DNA of 61,574 bases from a bacterium. GTDB taxonomy: Bacteria > Patescibacteriota > Saccharimonadia > CAILAD01 > GCA-016700035. A program made the translations under genes and the position numbers. The DNA lies in assembly GCA_020854115.1 (NCBI GenBank), contig JADZGC010000017.1, positions 1 to 61,574 of the forward strand, read 5' to 3'. Under the pieces are notes generated by a model, which ran no database searches, was not told the DNA's origin, and was given only the letters and a program-made list of their open reading frames with translations. Below, one piece after another: positions 17,438 through 27,172 of this stretch. The first letter of the stretch is position 1. Each line of letters begins with the position of its first letter.

Positions 17438-18694
17438 TCATTTGGAGTGCTGATGCTCTGTCGCGCTAGCACCACCAGAGAAAATGTCTGGATTTTTCTC
17501 TCCGGACACATCTAGAATCGCCCAAGCGCCCTTATTCATACGAGCTAGGGCGTGATCCACTAACGTGTATTTGCCCGGCACATCGAGCTTAAATTCGACA
17601 ATTGTTGAACCACCCGGCAAAACAGTGGTGGTCTGAACATTTTGCAAGATTGCCGAGCCTGATCCTATCGCGCCTTCTGGATAAACTGTGTCAAAAATCT
17701 CACCGATTATATGAAAACTCGATACTAAGTTTACCCCGCCGTTACCGACATACATCCGCACCTTATCGCCTACTTTTGCTCTCATTCGTGGAGTCGTCTC
17801 GATGCGTCCATTGAAGGTAATATAGGTAGGATTTCCATCCAGCAGTGCCTGCGGATCAAACGCCAGCAGACCCTTGCGCCCTATTCCGCCTTGGGTATAC
17901 AGCTCGCCCTGAACGACATAAAACTCCTTATCAACCGGCGGCAGGCCTTCCTCTGGCTCGACCAATATCAGGCCATATTGCCCATGGGAGTTATGCACCG
18001 AGACATTAGATGTCGCACAGTGGTAGATGTAGAGACCTGGAGCCAGGGCTTTCCAGCTAAACTCCTTGGTCTCGCCGGGCTTCACATTTGACACTGTCGC
18101 TCCACCACCCGGACCAGTCGTGGCATGAAAGTCGATGTTATGATAATGCAGACTGGACAAATCATTAGTCAGACGCACCTTGACCGTATCCCCCACTCGA
18201 ACTCGCATCAGTGGCCCGGGCGCCGTGCCATTAAATGTCCAATAGTTATTGTAGACTCCGCTATACACCTCACCGATCACTTCCTTGGTAGTAAGACTTA
18301 GCTCCACCGTCTTTGGATCACGGCGCCCAATTGGCGCAGGCACGGCATTCGGATCCGCGCCGATGTCTTTTACTTTCTCGAACTGATTACTGCGAGTCAG
18401 AAACTCAAATAGGTTGTAGAGCGGTAATGATGGAGGCTTTTTATCGGCAGTCTGAACATGCATAGTCGGTGGCATCGCAAAATGCAATGGATATGGATTG
18501 CGCCCAATAAATACAATAGTAGCCCCAACCAACCCCAGTAGAACCATGCCGGCAAAGGCGATCTTCTTACGGCGAGATGTTTTCTTGGTTTTCTTGGCAA
18601 TAAATCGAAAAAAACCACTAATCTTTAGTAGCCCCACCACGACCGCAATGATGAAAATCCAGCCAATTATTTCGAGTATGATATATCTAAACAC
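17438..18694 (-). CDS. nirK: Copper-containing nitrite reductase (NirK, AniA-like class II), N-terminally membrane-anchored
   Basis: GTG start preceded by GGAGGG. Motifs are [58 protein letters not shown] and [17 protein letters not shown]. Two N-terminal hydrophobic helices. Confidence 0.85.
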   Translation of the reverse strand: [418 protein letters not shown]

Positions 18695-18815
18695 AATAAC
18701 CCTCCAAAATGCTTACCTTCATCATAGCAAATAATGCCAGTCAATCAACTATGAAATTAAGTAGAATCTTACAAGGATTGGCGCTAAACTTTTCAAAACG
18801 GTATGATAAGTAGTA

Positions 18816-20468
18816 ATGAATCACAAGCAAGCCATTGAGTCGTTCATACAAGGCGAAGTTGACGACTCTGCCGAAACGAAACAGAACTTCAGTCATGACG
18901 CCAGTATGTTCGAGCTAACGCCCGAGCTAGTGGTGGCACCAAAAGACAGCCAAGACATCCAGAAGCTGGTTAGCTATGTGGCAGAGCATAAGCGCCATGA
19001 CCCCACTCTATCGCTGACGGCTCGCAGTGGTGGTACCTGTATGTCTGGAGGCTCCATAAATCAATCGATTATTTTGGATATGAATCGGCACTTCACCGCT
19101 ATCGGCAAAATCGGCGATCGTATCGCCAATGCCCAGCCTGGTGTTTTTTATCGAGACTTCGAAGAAGCCACTCTCAAGAATGATGTTTTGATGCCTAGCT
19201 ATCCGGCCTCGCGCGATTTGTGCACAATTGGCGGGATGGTAGCTAATAATGCCGGTGGCGAACGGAGCTTGCAGTATGGAAAAACTGAAGAATTCGTCAA
19301 ATCGCTCCAAGTAGTCTTCGCCGACGGCAAGGAATATACCGTGAAGCCACTCGATAAAGCACAGCTAAAAAAGAAAGTGGCGCAAGAAGATTTTGAAGGA
19401 CGATTGTATAAACGAATATTTCACTTGGTCGATAAAAACTATGACGCCATCAAGTCAGCCAAGCCCGGCGTTTCAAAAGACTCCACCGGCTATCACATCT
19501 GGGATGTTTGGGATAGAGAGACTGGCATCTTTGACATGACGCGCTTGATTGTCGGCTCCCAGGGTACACTCGGCATCGTTACTGACATTACCTTTAGGGT
19601 CGTGAAAGCACCAAAGCACTCCGGTACGCTGGTTATTTTCTTGCGCAGTATTAAGGATCTCGGCAAGCTGATCAATTCGGTGATGGAGTACAAGCCGGCG
19701 ACATTTGAAGGTTTTGATAATTACACCCTGATGTTGAGTTTTCGCTTGTTTGCCAACTTTCATAAGCGAATTGGTTGGTGGAATACTATCAAGCTAGGAA
19801 TTCGTTTAATACCAGATGCCCTCATGCTTCTGCGAGGTATCCCCAAGATGGTCTTACTGGTGGAGTTTCAGGCAGATACCGAAGAAGAAGTCGCCACCAA
19901 AGTCCATGAATTTAGAGAAGGTCTGTCGAGCTACAAGCATCAAGCATTATTTGAAGAAGATGAAACTGAAGCAAAGAGTGCTAAGTTTTGGATAATGCGC
20001 CGAGAAAGTTTTAATCTACTTAGGCAAAAGATAAAAGACAAACACACTGCGCCATTTATGGATGACTTGGTCGTTCCGCCTAGTGTTTTGCCAAAATTTT
20101 TGCCCGAAATTCGCCGCGTGATAAATAAATACAAGCTTCTGGCAACTATCGCTGGGCATATGGGCGATGGTAACTTTCATATTATTCCCCTCATGAATAT
20201 CGAAAAAGCCAGTGAGAAGGCCAAACTTGAGCCTGCCATGAAAGAAATCAACGCAATTGTGCTAAAGTATGGCGGCTCATTGTCTGGTGAACATAATGAC
20301 GGGATGATTCGAGGTCCATGGCTAGAAGCCATGTATGGCAAGAAAGTCCTAGGTTATTTTAAAGAAGTCAAGCAAATCTTTGACCCTCAAAACATCTTCA
20401 ACCCCCACAAAAAAACAGATGCCAGCTGGAAGTTTTCGATGGCGCATTTGCGTAAAAATTTTGATTAA
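18816..20468 (+). CDS. FAD-binding oxidoreductase (GlcD / D-lactate-dehydrogenase-like, PCMH-type)
   Basis: LTARSGGTCMSGGS and GGMVANNAGGERSLQYGKT (FAD_binding_4). C-terminal GHMGDGNFHI...SGEHNDG is typical of FAD-linked oxidase C-domains. Confidence 0.8.
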   Translation: MNHKQAIESFIQGEVDDSAETKQNFSHDASMFELTPELVVAPKDSQDIQKLVSYVAEHKRHDPTLSLTARSGGTCMSGGSINQSIILDMNRHFTAIGKIGDRIANAQPGVFYRDFEEATLKNDVLMPSYPASRDLCTIGGMVANNAGGERSLQYGKTEEFVKSLQVVFADGKEYTVKPLDKAQLKKKVAQEDFEGRLYKRIFHLVDKNYDAIKSAKPGVSKDSTGYHIWDVWDRETGIFDMTRLIVGSQGTLGIVTDITFRVVKAPKHSGTLVIFLRSIKDLGKLINSVMEYKPATFEGFDNYTLMLSFRLFANFHKRIGWWNTIKLGIRLIPDALMLLRGIPKMVLLVEFQADTEEEVATKVHEFREGLSSYKHQALFEEDETEAKSAKFWIMRRESFNLLRQKIKDKHTAPFMDDLVVPPSVLPKFLPEIRRVINKYKLLATIAGHMGDGNFHIIPLMNIEKASEKAKLEPAMKEINAIVLKYGGSLSGEHNDGMIRGPWLEAMYGKKVLGYFKEVKQIFDPQNIFNPHKKTDASWKFSMAHLRKNFD

Positions 20469-20584
20469 TATCGGGCGTGGCTAGTGGTTATAAGATAGGT
20501 AAAAATCAAAGACGAGCCTAGAGCCTTCTTTTGCCAAACCCCCTAGTCTTATTGCGCCAGCACGCTTATAACTTGATTAAACCC

Positions 20585-21229
20585 CTATAAACTAACAAGA
20601 TTTTTGTATATCTGCTCTTTTAGTAAACTTCCATCTTTTGTGGTTATAGCAATAACGGTTAGTTTATTATCTTTTAGGATTATGAGCTGTTTTGACTGCT
20701 TATCTACAAAAGCATTGTTATTAATCGGTTGATAATCTTGTTTTTGCCTCACCCTCTGTAATGTATCAAATGCTATTTTAGCACCATCTTTTTTCTTGAA
20801 AACTCGCTGGGTAATGATAATAGAGCTAATGGTCGATTTTGACTTATCATCAACATCATAAGCACAGGCAGACACCGTTCCTTCATCGGTTTCGGTGGTC
20901 GGAATCGAAACTTTGGCTGTAGCAATTTTTTGATTTATGGCTTTTTGAATATTATCGACCGTGTAATAATCACAAGTGGCGCTTTTTGCGTCCTTCGGGA
21001 TGTTGATTAAACCCTCATTGAGGTCTTGGGTCTGCTCTTTTTTATTATCGTAGATTACTTTTTTTTGATCTTTTTGATTACTAGCGGACGCGATAATAAA
21101 AATAATGCCAGCTACGACAACACCAAAAAGAACACCGATAACCGCGGTTCGTATTCGCGCATCTTTAGGCAACTTATTATGATATCTTTTTAGGTACACA
21201 AAAAGAGATTGAATTGATTTTTTTATCAT
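20585..21229 (-). CDS. Hypothetical N-terminally anchored extracytoplasmic protein
   Basis: Single TM (AVIGVLFGVVVAGIIFIIA) followed by a Lys/Asp-rich soluble domain. Starts 4 nt after the stop of the 1046-aa adhesin gene. Confidence 0.45.
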   Translation of the reverse strand: MIKKSIQSLFVYLKRYHNKLPKDARIRTAVIGVLFGVVVAGIIFIIASASNQKDQKKVIYDNKKEQTQDLNEGLINIPKDAKSATCDYYTVDNIQKAINQKIATAKVSIPTTETDEGTVSACAYDVDDKSKSTISSIIITQRVFKKKDGAKIAFDTLQRVRQKQDYQPINNNAFVDKQSKQLIILKDNKLTVIAITTKDGSLLKEQIYKNLVSL

Positions 21230-21233
21230 TTAC

Positions 21234-24200
21234 CTACTCATTCTTTCGACCCATGCTGTGAGAAATCATTTTTGTGGTAACTACAATTATTGACAAAGCC
21301 AGGCCGGCCCAGAACCAGATACTGTCGCCCGTATCACTCAATCGATTACCCATATTACTTATTGCGTCATCAATAGCTGAACCCATACTAGCTTCTACCC
21401 CCATGCCAACTGGGTCGGTAATTGAGCTGTTAGTGTTATTGTCATTATCTAGCACGCCACCATCTTGGATGGTATAACTAACGGTTGTTACTGTGTTACC
21501 CCCGATATCGGCTGTCGCAATAGATCCGTCTGACAGATTGTCGTAATTTGACCCCAGCAATTTGCGCAACTGGTATGTTTGCTGGTCGTAAACTTTGTCA
21601 TAATACAGTGTAACATTAGCACTGCCACCAAGCGTATCGCAGCTAAGCGTAAAATCGGCAAGCCCCAGTGGATATTCATATTGCGGGTCGAGAATTGATT
21701 GTCCCGCCTCTGGCAAAATAGCAAAGCTAGTAACTTCGTCGCAATCCCCAGATACGGCTAAAGTAGTGTACTCGCCTGTAAGGCTATTTTGCACAGTCAC
21801 TACCCCAGCTTGCAATTTATCAGCGATTCCGTCATTATTACCATCTCCGTTTGGCGCCAGAGTATCTTCATCTTTGTCAGAGGCTCCGTCACCGTCATAG
21901 TCATTAGCTGTTGAATAATGCCCTGCGGCCATATTATTCAACTGTTGAGCTAATGAATTTGTTATTAATGCTTGACTGCGATAGGCAATAGCATGACTGA
22001 GTATGTAATCTGGATCATCTATAGTTGCCCCAGTACTAACGATATTGTCAAAATCTTGAGAGGCATCGTTTACAAGTGCGGTAATATCGGTTGTAATTGA
22101 CTCTCCAGCCCCTATGGATGTATCGGACCCATAATAGCCACACAGAATGGCATGGTAGTCTGGGTGGTCAGCAAATACCGTCCCAGCGCCGAGCGACGCA
22201 AGAGTACCAGCATCAACGCAATTGATATCCGGATTAGATTGAGAAACATAAGTCAGGTTAGGAGGCAAATAATCTATAAATAAAGAAGTGTATAGTGGAT
22301 TTATCCCGCCCAGATCAAAGACAGTAGGGTCTATTGGTGAAGGTCCGTCATTGATGTAGTCCAATTTGTACTGGACGGTCTGACCATTAACCATATCTTG
22401 GGGGTTGAGTAGCGTCTTATTAGCGCGGACATCCTTGGGTGATTGTGACGATGCAGAAAAGTTATTGATCGGATATGCTAGCATGCCATCTATTATATCT
22501 CCACCCCCATTTCTAATATTTAAGATAGCTATATAATCGTTATCAAATGTTCCAACGTTAACGCTAGAATAGTTAGTAAAAATTGGATTAGAATCGTCAG
22601 TAACTGTAGCGTGCAAAGTATAGCTAAAGCTATCACCCGCTTCGAGGATGTGTGGGGAGCCACCCGTATAGCTACAAACAGCTATGCCGTAATTAGAGTG
22701 ATTGGCGAGCAGTGGTCCATAGAACACAGCCGAACCGTCGCCTAGATAAGTACAGCCAACATCACCAGTTGTGCCGGCAAAAGTCAGCTGTGGTGGCAGA
22801 AAGCTTTGGGTAAGAAAGTTCCCTGCAGGATTCTGACTATTAAGCTGTGATATATCTATTGATGCTGGTCCATTATTGCGAATAGTCATGGAATAATTTA
22901 GTGTATTGCCATCCGCAAAATCTTGAGGGTTTAATAGTACGCTTCTCAGAGACAAGTCAGATTCAAGGTTTTGACCATTACTGCCAAATTCACTTGTCGC
23001 ACCAAAACCACTCGGAGTAGACGGATCGATTTCGGTGGCGGTTAGGGTGAGGTGGTCATGACCAGTTCCGCTAATAGTATGACTAAATTCTTGCAGTCCA
23101 GTGCCAGCGCTTACGATATTAGTATAGCCCACATATACTTCGCCTTGATTTGGATTAGCTACGGCATTTCTAAAGAATTCGATGCGATAATTGCCGGCCG
23201 GCAAGTCAGCAGTAAAAGTTATCTCTGTGTTGCCACCCGTTTCGGTAATGTTGGTATAGCCAGGAGCATTCAATAGGTCGTTCGGGCCGGTGTCGATATC
23301 GTAAGCGTCATTTGCAGTTACGCCATTGCTCCCAAGGTCAACGCCTATCCCTGTATTATCATGGATAGCATTTTGACTAATTGCTACTTTGGAAGCGTTA
23401 CCCGCAACTGCAATACCAGAGCTACCACTATAGCTCATTGCGTTTTTGGAAATAAATACATTATGTACCGTTCCTAGGGTTTGGATGATTGGTAAAAGAG
23501 AATTCCAGTTAATAATAGTATTGCCTTCGGTGGCAGTAACGCCACCGATAGTCACATCTGAAGTATCGTCTTTTAAAACAATGCCGGAGCCAGATAATTG
23601 GGTTGAGAAATCCATAGTTAGACTATCTGAACCTACTGAGATATTATTCCCCTGGATAGTTAAGTTTTGAGTTTGCTTTGTATTTAGTTTTTCGGCGACA
23701 ATGATTCCAGACTGCCCAAAAGCTAAAACATTTCGTTCCGCTGGGTTAGATCCTCCTACTCGACTGCCATGCGAACCTTTTATACTGAGCTGGGCTTCTG
23801 CTACCACGGTACTGCTACTTAATGATCCAGTAATATCTGTTCCGATGTAACACCCACTAAGTATGAAATTATCAACGCCATTAATTATCACATCCGAGAC
23901 TGCCGATTTGCTGATATTAAGACCTCTCAACTCAACATTATCACCCTCAACGACAATACCCCCACTCTGACTATTATCAATCGATACTCGTAATGTCCCG
24001 TCCATTGCTTCTGGCCAGGGCTGAGTGTTAGGTGTAGCATCACCTTGAGTGTAGCCATTTATCAGTACACTTTGAGTGATGTTTAACGATGTTTGTGGTT
24101 GAATCGTTTTGTCACCAGCTCCAGCGATATTGAAGTTAATTACATCCTGATCACCAGGATTGCCATTGCTATTTGCGTCGGTAATAGCTTGGCGTAAAGA

Positions 24201-24374
24201 GCCAGCACCAGTATCATTAGTATTTGTAACCGTAAAGCTGGCTGGCGCAGCAACGGCTTTACTGTCTGTGATTGCCGATATTGCTAGCAGACTCGATACC
24301 AGCAGAGTAATAAATGACGATATTATTAATAGCTTGCCAATAATTGGTCTTGAGTTGAAATATCTCAAGTGCAT
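21234..24374 (-). CDS. Large secreted beta-helix surface protein with duplicated DUF11-like module, Ca-binding-like Asp repeats and LPXTG-like (LSDTG) sorting signal
   Basis: I prefer ATG 24374 (GAGGA 9 nt upstream) to the track start 24410. The signal peptide (LLVSSLLAISAITDSKAVA) is followed by TNTNDTGAGSLRQAITDANSN (CSLREA-like) and beta-helix repeats. DYDGDGASDKDEDTLAPNGDGNNDGIADK follows later. The C-terminus is LSDTG, then a hydrophobic helix, then GRKNE. Confidence 0.75.
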   Translation of the reverse strand: MHLRYFNSRPIIGKLLIISSFITLLVSSLLAISAITDSKAVAAPASFTVTNTNDTGAGSLRQAITDANSNGNPGDQDVINFNIAGAGDKTIQPQTSLNITQSVLINGYTQGDATPNTQPWPEAMDGTLRVSIDNSQSGGIVVEGDNVELRGLNISKSAVSDVIINGVDNFILSGCYIGTDITGSLSSSTVVAEAQLSIKGSHGSRVGGSNPAERNVLAFGQSGIIVAEKLNTKQTQNLTIQGNNISVGSDSLTMDFSTQLSGSGIVLKDDTSDVTIGGVTATEGNTIINWNSLLPIIQTLGTVHNVFISKNAMSYSGSSGIAVAGNASKVAISQNAIHDNTGIGVDLGSNGVTANDAYDIDTGPNDLLNAPGYTNITETGGNTEITFTADLPAGNYRIEFFRNAVANPNQGEVYVGYTNIVSAGTGLQEFSHTISGTGHDHLTLTATEIDPSTPSGFGATSEFGSNGQNLESDLSLRSVLLNPQDFADGNTLNYSMTIRNNGPASIDISQLNSQNPAGNFLTQSFLPPQLTFAGTTGDVGCTYLGDGSAVFYGPLLANHSNYGIAVCSYTGGSPHILEAGDSFSYTLHATVTDDSNPIFTNYSSVNVGTFDNDYIAILNIRNGGGDIIDGMLAYPINNFSASSQSPKDVRANKTLLNPQDMVNGQTVQYKLDYINDGPSPIDPTVFDLGGINPLYTSLFIDYLPPNLTYVSQSNPDINCVDAGTLASLGAGTVFADHPDYHAILCGYYGSDTSIGAGESITTDITALVNDASQDFDNIVSTGATIDDPDYILSHAIAYRSQALITNSLAQQLNNMAAGHYSTANDYDGDGASDKDEDTLAPNGDGNNDGIADKLQAGVVTVQNSLTGEYTTLAVSGDCDEVTSFAILPEAGQSILDPQYEYPLGLADFTLSCDTLGGSANVTLYYDKVYDQQTYQLRKLLGSNYDNLSDGSIATADIGGNTVTTVSYTIQDGGVLDNDNNTNSSITDPVGMGVEASMGSAIDDAISNMGNRLSDTGDSIWFWAGLALSIIVVTTKMISHSMGRKNE

Positions 24375-24375
24375 C

Positions 24376-26733
24376 TTAATAATTCCTCGTATCGATCGTA
24401 ATATTGGCATCGGTTTTTAATGTGAGGCTGCCACTGTTGCCCAGATCATTATTATATTGACCGGCCACCAATACTGGGTTATGGCTGGCCTTATAGCCAA
24501 CATCATCTCGCAATATATAGATTGAGCCATTGGCTGGTATCACTGTACCGGCGGGGATAGTATAATTTATACCCTCAATTGTCCAATTCGATAGGTCTAC
24601 CGCCGTGTTAGCACTATTCGACAGTTTTATATATTCATCAGCATTATTGCTATTTGCCACAACCTCTTCAAAAGAAACCGATTCTCGTTCGGTTTGTGTC
24701 TGCGAAGCTGGTAGTCCGTGGCTAATGCGTTGAAAAGTATTATAAATTTGTTTTTGTTTATCTATCCCCCAATTTACACTACTTGCATACGATGCGGTTG
24801 GCTCTCGTAAAAAATAAGTAGTCTGACTACCCCAATTTAGTGCCTGTGGCCATTTGGCAAGATCTAAGTTTATATCGCTCAACTGTTGCGCCTGATAGGA
24901 AGCAAAAGTGTCTCGTAAGCTATCTGAAGAATAGATTTTATCGACTATCGTCCTCAATCGTCTTAGATACATATCCCTAAAAACAAGATTTTGATAGATA
25001 GGTTTTTGGAGAAAATAATAGTCAACATTACCATCTAAGTCGTAAAGACTTAGAAGTGGCTTTACTCCCCAGTGACTACCGTCTAAATCCCATAATAGCG
25101 ATGACCAGCGGTGAGTAGTTGTATTATAGCGTAATACCAGATTACCAATATCCGACATATCATTTTGTGCGATAGCTGATCTCGTACTCATAAAATTAAT
25201 TTGGTTAGGCAAATCGACATTATCCAGCAAGTAATCATCTAATGCGGAATCATTCCTATCAAAAGCTAATAAATCATTCATAAATTGAACCGACCTTGTG
25301 GTATCAGGCGCACCCGATAAAACTTCATGAGGACCATTGTCATATAATTCATCATTATCTAATCCGACATTCTGGCGCCATTCAGACCCGTACTTATCAG
25401 CATAGATATAAGCGCCCTCGAATTCGCCATTTTTGTTTAATCTGGATTGCACTATATCCGGATTTAATAAGTCGGCTTGTTCTGCAACCCACCAACCAGT
25501 CTTAAATTTAGCGAGGGTGGAATGCTTGACAATGCCCAACATATTAAATTCGGCGATGGCTAAATTCGCTCCAGTTGGTTGCACTGAGTAGCCACTCGGT
25601 AACTTAAACTTATACGATAGCTTATCTTCCCAACGAGAATCGTTCCCCCTAACTCGAACCTTGGTGTTATCAAACACATCATTACCATACGCTAGAACGC
25701 AATCTACATAAGCGTTATCAAACCGATGACTAGCCGATAGGCTGTTATAATCAGAATCAGCGATAAACCATTCTAGAATCGGCAGATTACTGGTTACGCT
25801 CGGGTCTTTTATATAATAGCCGTGATAATTCATCGAGTCATTTGCACTAGGGCTAGTACTTGTACCACTACCATTGGTAGCAGAAACTTTAAAACGCACG
25901 AGGGTTTTGATGGCTTGTCCGGGAATTTGTGCACCATACACATTGTCGCCGGATGCACCATCATTATGCGCACCGTCATCATACATAGTTAGCACTGTAT
26001 CGGCATCAAAGTTTATTTTATAAGCTAGCGTTACGCTAGATATACCAGATCCTGTTACCGTCGCAGTGATATTAACAGGAGTGCTGGCAGTAATATCGTT
26101 TGGATCGGTTACGCTAGCGATAGTTGGCAAAGCCAAGCCAACGATGGAGTTTTGCGCCAAAGGCGTTCCGCCATTGCCCATACTTGCGCCCCAGTTGGCT
26201 GGGTCAGATGGATCTAGATTGGTAGCCTTAAGTTCTAAAGAAGGACCGCTACCATCAGGACTGGTTGGCCATGGCGAAACATCATCGTAGCTGACTGAAC
26301 TTATCACATTCGAGCTGTTATCTATAAGAGTTATGGTTTCCCCACCATTTGAAAGGCTCGATCCGGCATATGAAGCACTAGCCGATACTCCATAAGTAGC
26401 CAGTGTCTGGACAGTGTCTGGTGAAATAATTAGGTAGCTATTAGCATTAATGATTGTTCCTGGATTAAAAGTCATGGTCGTAAGAGTCACACCACTGCTA
26501 AAACTCCAGCCGCCAAGGTCAATATTTGCGCCAGTAGTATTATAGAGCTCAATAAATTCATCATTCTCATTGCCCGTACCTGGCTTGTACATGATTTCAT
26601 TAATAATCACATCACCCGAAGAAGCTGCCGAAGCCTTATAGACTTGTGTAGCAAAGGAAATCACACCAGCACTCACGATCAACGATATTGTTAGTAGACA
26701 ATATGCGACAAATTTATTTTTCCACCGAACCAT
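24376..26733 (-). CDS. CotH-family protein flanked by two lamin-tail (LTD) domains
   Basis: The N-terminal anchor (AYCLLTISLIVSAGVISFA) is followed by an LTD (VIINEIMYKPGTGNENDEFIELYNTTGANIDLGGWSF). A CotH-like core follows (YKFKLPSGY..., LLWDLDGSHWG), and a C-terminal LTD ends the protein (ADEYIKLSNSANTAVDLSNWTIEG). Start moved to ATG 26733; the track's 26892 is a TTG with no supporting signals. Confidence 0.65.
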   Translation of the reverse strand: MVRWKNKFVAYCLLTISLIVSAGVISFATQVYKASAASSGDVIINEIMYKPGTGNENDEFIELYNTTGANIDLGGWSFSSGVTLTTMTFNPGTIINANSYLIISPDTVQTLATYGVSASASYAGSSLSNGGETITLIDNSSNVISSVSYDDVSPWPTSPDGSGPSLELKATNLDPSDPANWGASMGNGGTPLAQNSIVGLALPTIASVTDPNDITASTPVNITATVTGSGISSVTLAYKINFDADTVLTMYDDGAHNDGASGDNVYGAQIPGQAIKTLVRFKVSATNGSGTSTSPSANDSMNYHGYYIKDPSVTSNLPILEWFIADSDYNSLSASHRFDNAYVDCVLAYGNDVFDNTKVRVRGNDSRWEDKLSYKFKLPSGYSVQPTGANLAIAEFNMLGIVKHSTLAKFKTGWWVAEQADLLNPDIVQSRLNKNGEFEGAYIYADKYGSEWRQNVGLDNDELYDNGPHEVLSGAPDTTRSVQFMNDLLAFDRNDSALDDYLLDNVDLPNQINFMSTRSAIAQNDMSDIGNLVLRYNTTTHRWSSLLWDLDGSHWGVKPLLSLYDLDGNVDYYFLQKPIYQNLVFRDMYLRRLRTIVDKIYSSDSLRDTFASYQAQQLSDINLDLAKWPQALNWGSQTTYFLREPTASYASSVNWGIDKQKQIYNTFQRISHGLPASQTQTERESVSFEEVVANSNNADEYIKLSNSANTAVDLSNWTIEGINYTIPAGTVIPANGSIYILRDDVGYKASHNPVLVAGQYNNDLGNSGSLTLKTDANITIDTRNY

Positions 26734-26740
26734 AAGTTGT

Positions 26741-26768
26741 ATTATACGTGGAAAGTGTACTATTGCAA
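26741..26768 (-). promoter_or_regulatory. Candidate sigma70-type promoter giving a leaderless or near-leaderless CotH mRNA
   Basis: The minus strand reads TTGCAA-N16-TATAAT-acaactt-ATG. The -10 box is at 26741-26746, only 7 nt from the ATG at 26733. Confidence 0.4.
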
Positions 26769-27172
26769 AAACAAGGCTATAAGACAGAGAACATAATGAC
26801 CGGATTCCGCCACTGCTCAGCAAATAATTTCTCTCCCACCGAGCCGACTCGTCCAAGCTGGCGGTTCGCTTGATCAAGTCGAACTCTGCCAATACTCTGA
26901 ACCAGAAATTCCCATTCCTGAGACGAGTACGCTGGTGATCCCGCTCTATCTATCGGCTGACTACCCTTGCTCTGCAATTCGTATTAATGAGATAGCCGTT
27001 CGTCGATACATCGAAAATCAAGAAAAGGAATTAACTGTTTCACTATATCGACGGGGATGGATTTCATAATCCTGCCTATATCTATTGATAATTCGAGCTT
27101 ACTGCTGTCAAGCTAGAAATACAGGCAGCTTAAGTGTGTATTTCTTAGCATAAGCTGTATAATTAAGCTGCG

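Noticed and set aside
26734-26977. TTG-initiated extension of the CotH ORF to 26892, and the 66-aa ORF 26777..26977(-)
   Set aside because: No RBS is present and the composition is not protein-like. A good promoter (TTGCAA-16-TATAAT) lies inside this stretch and points at ATG 26733.
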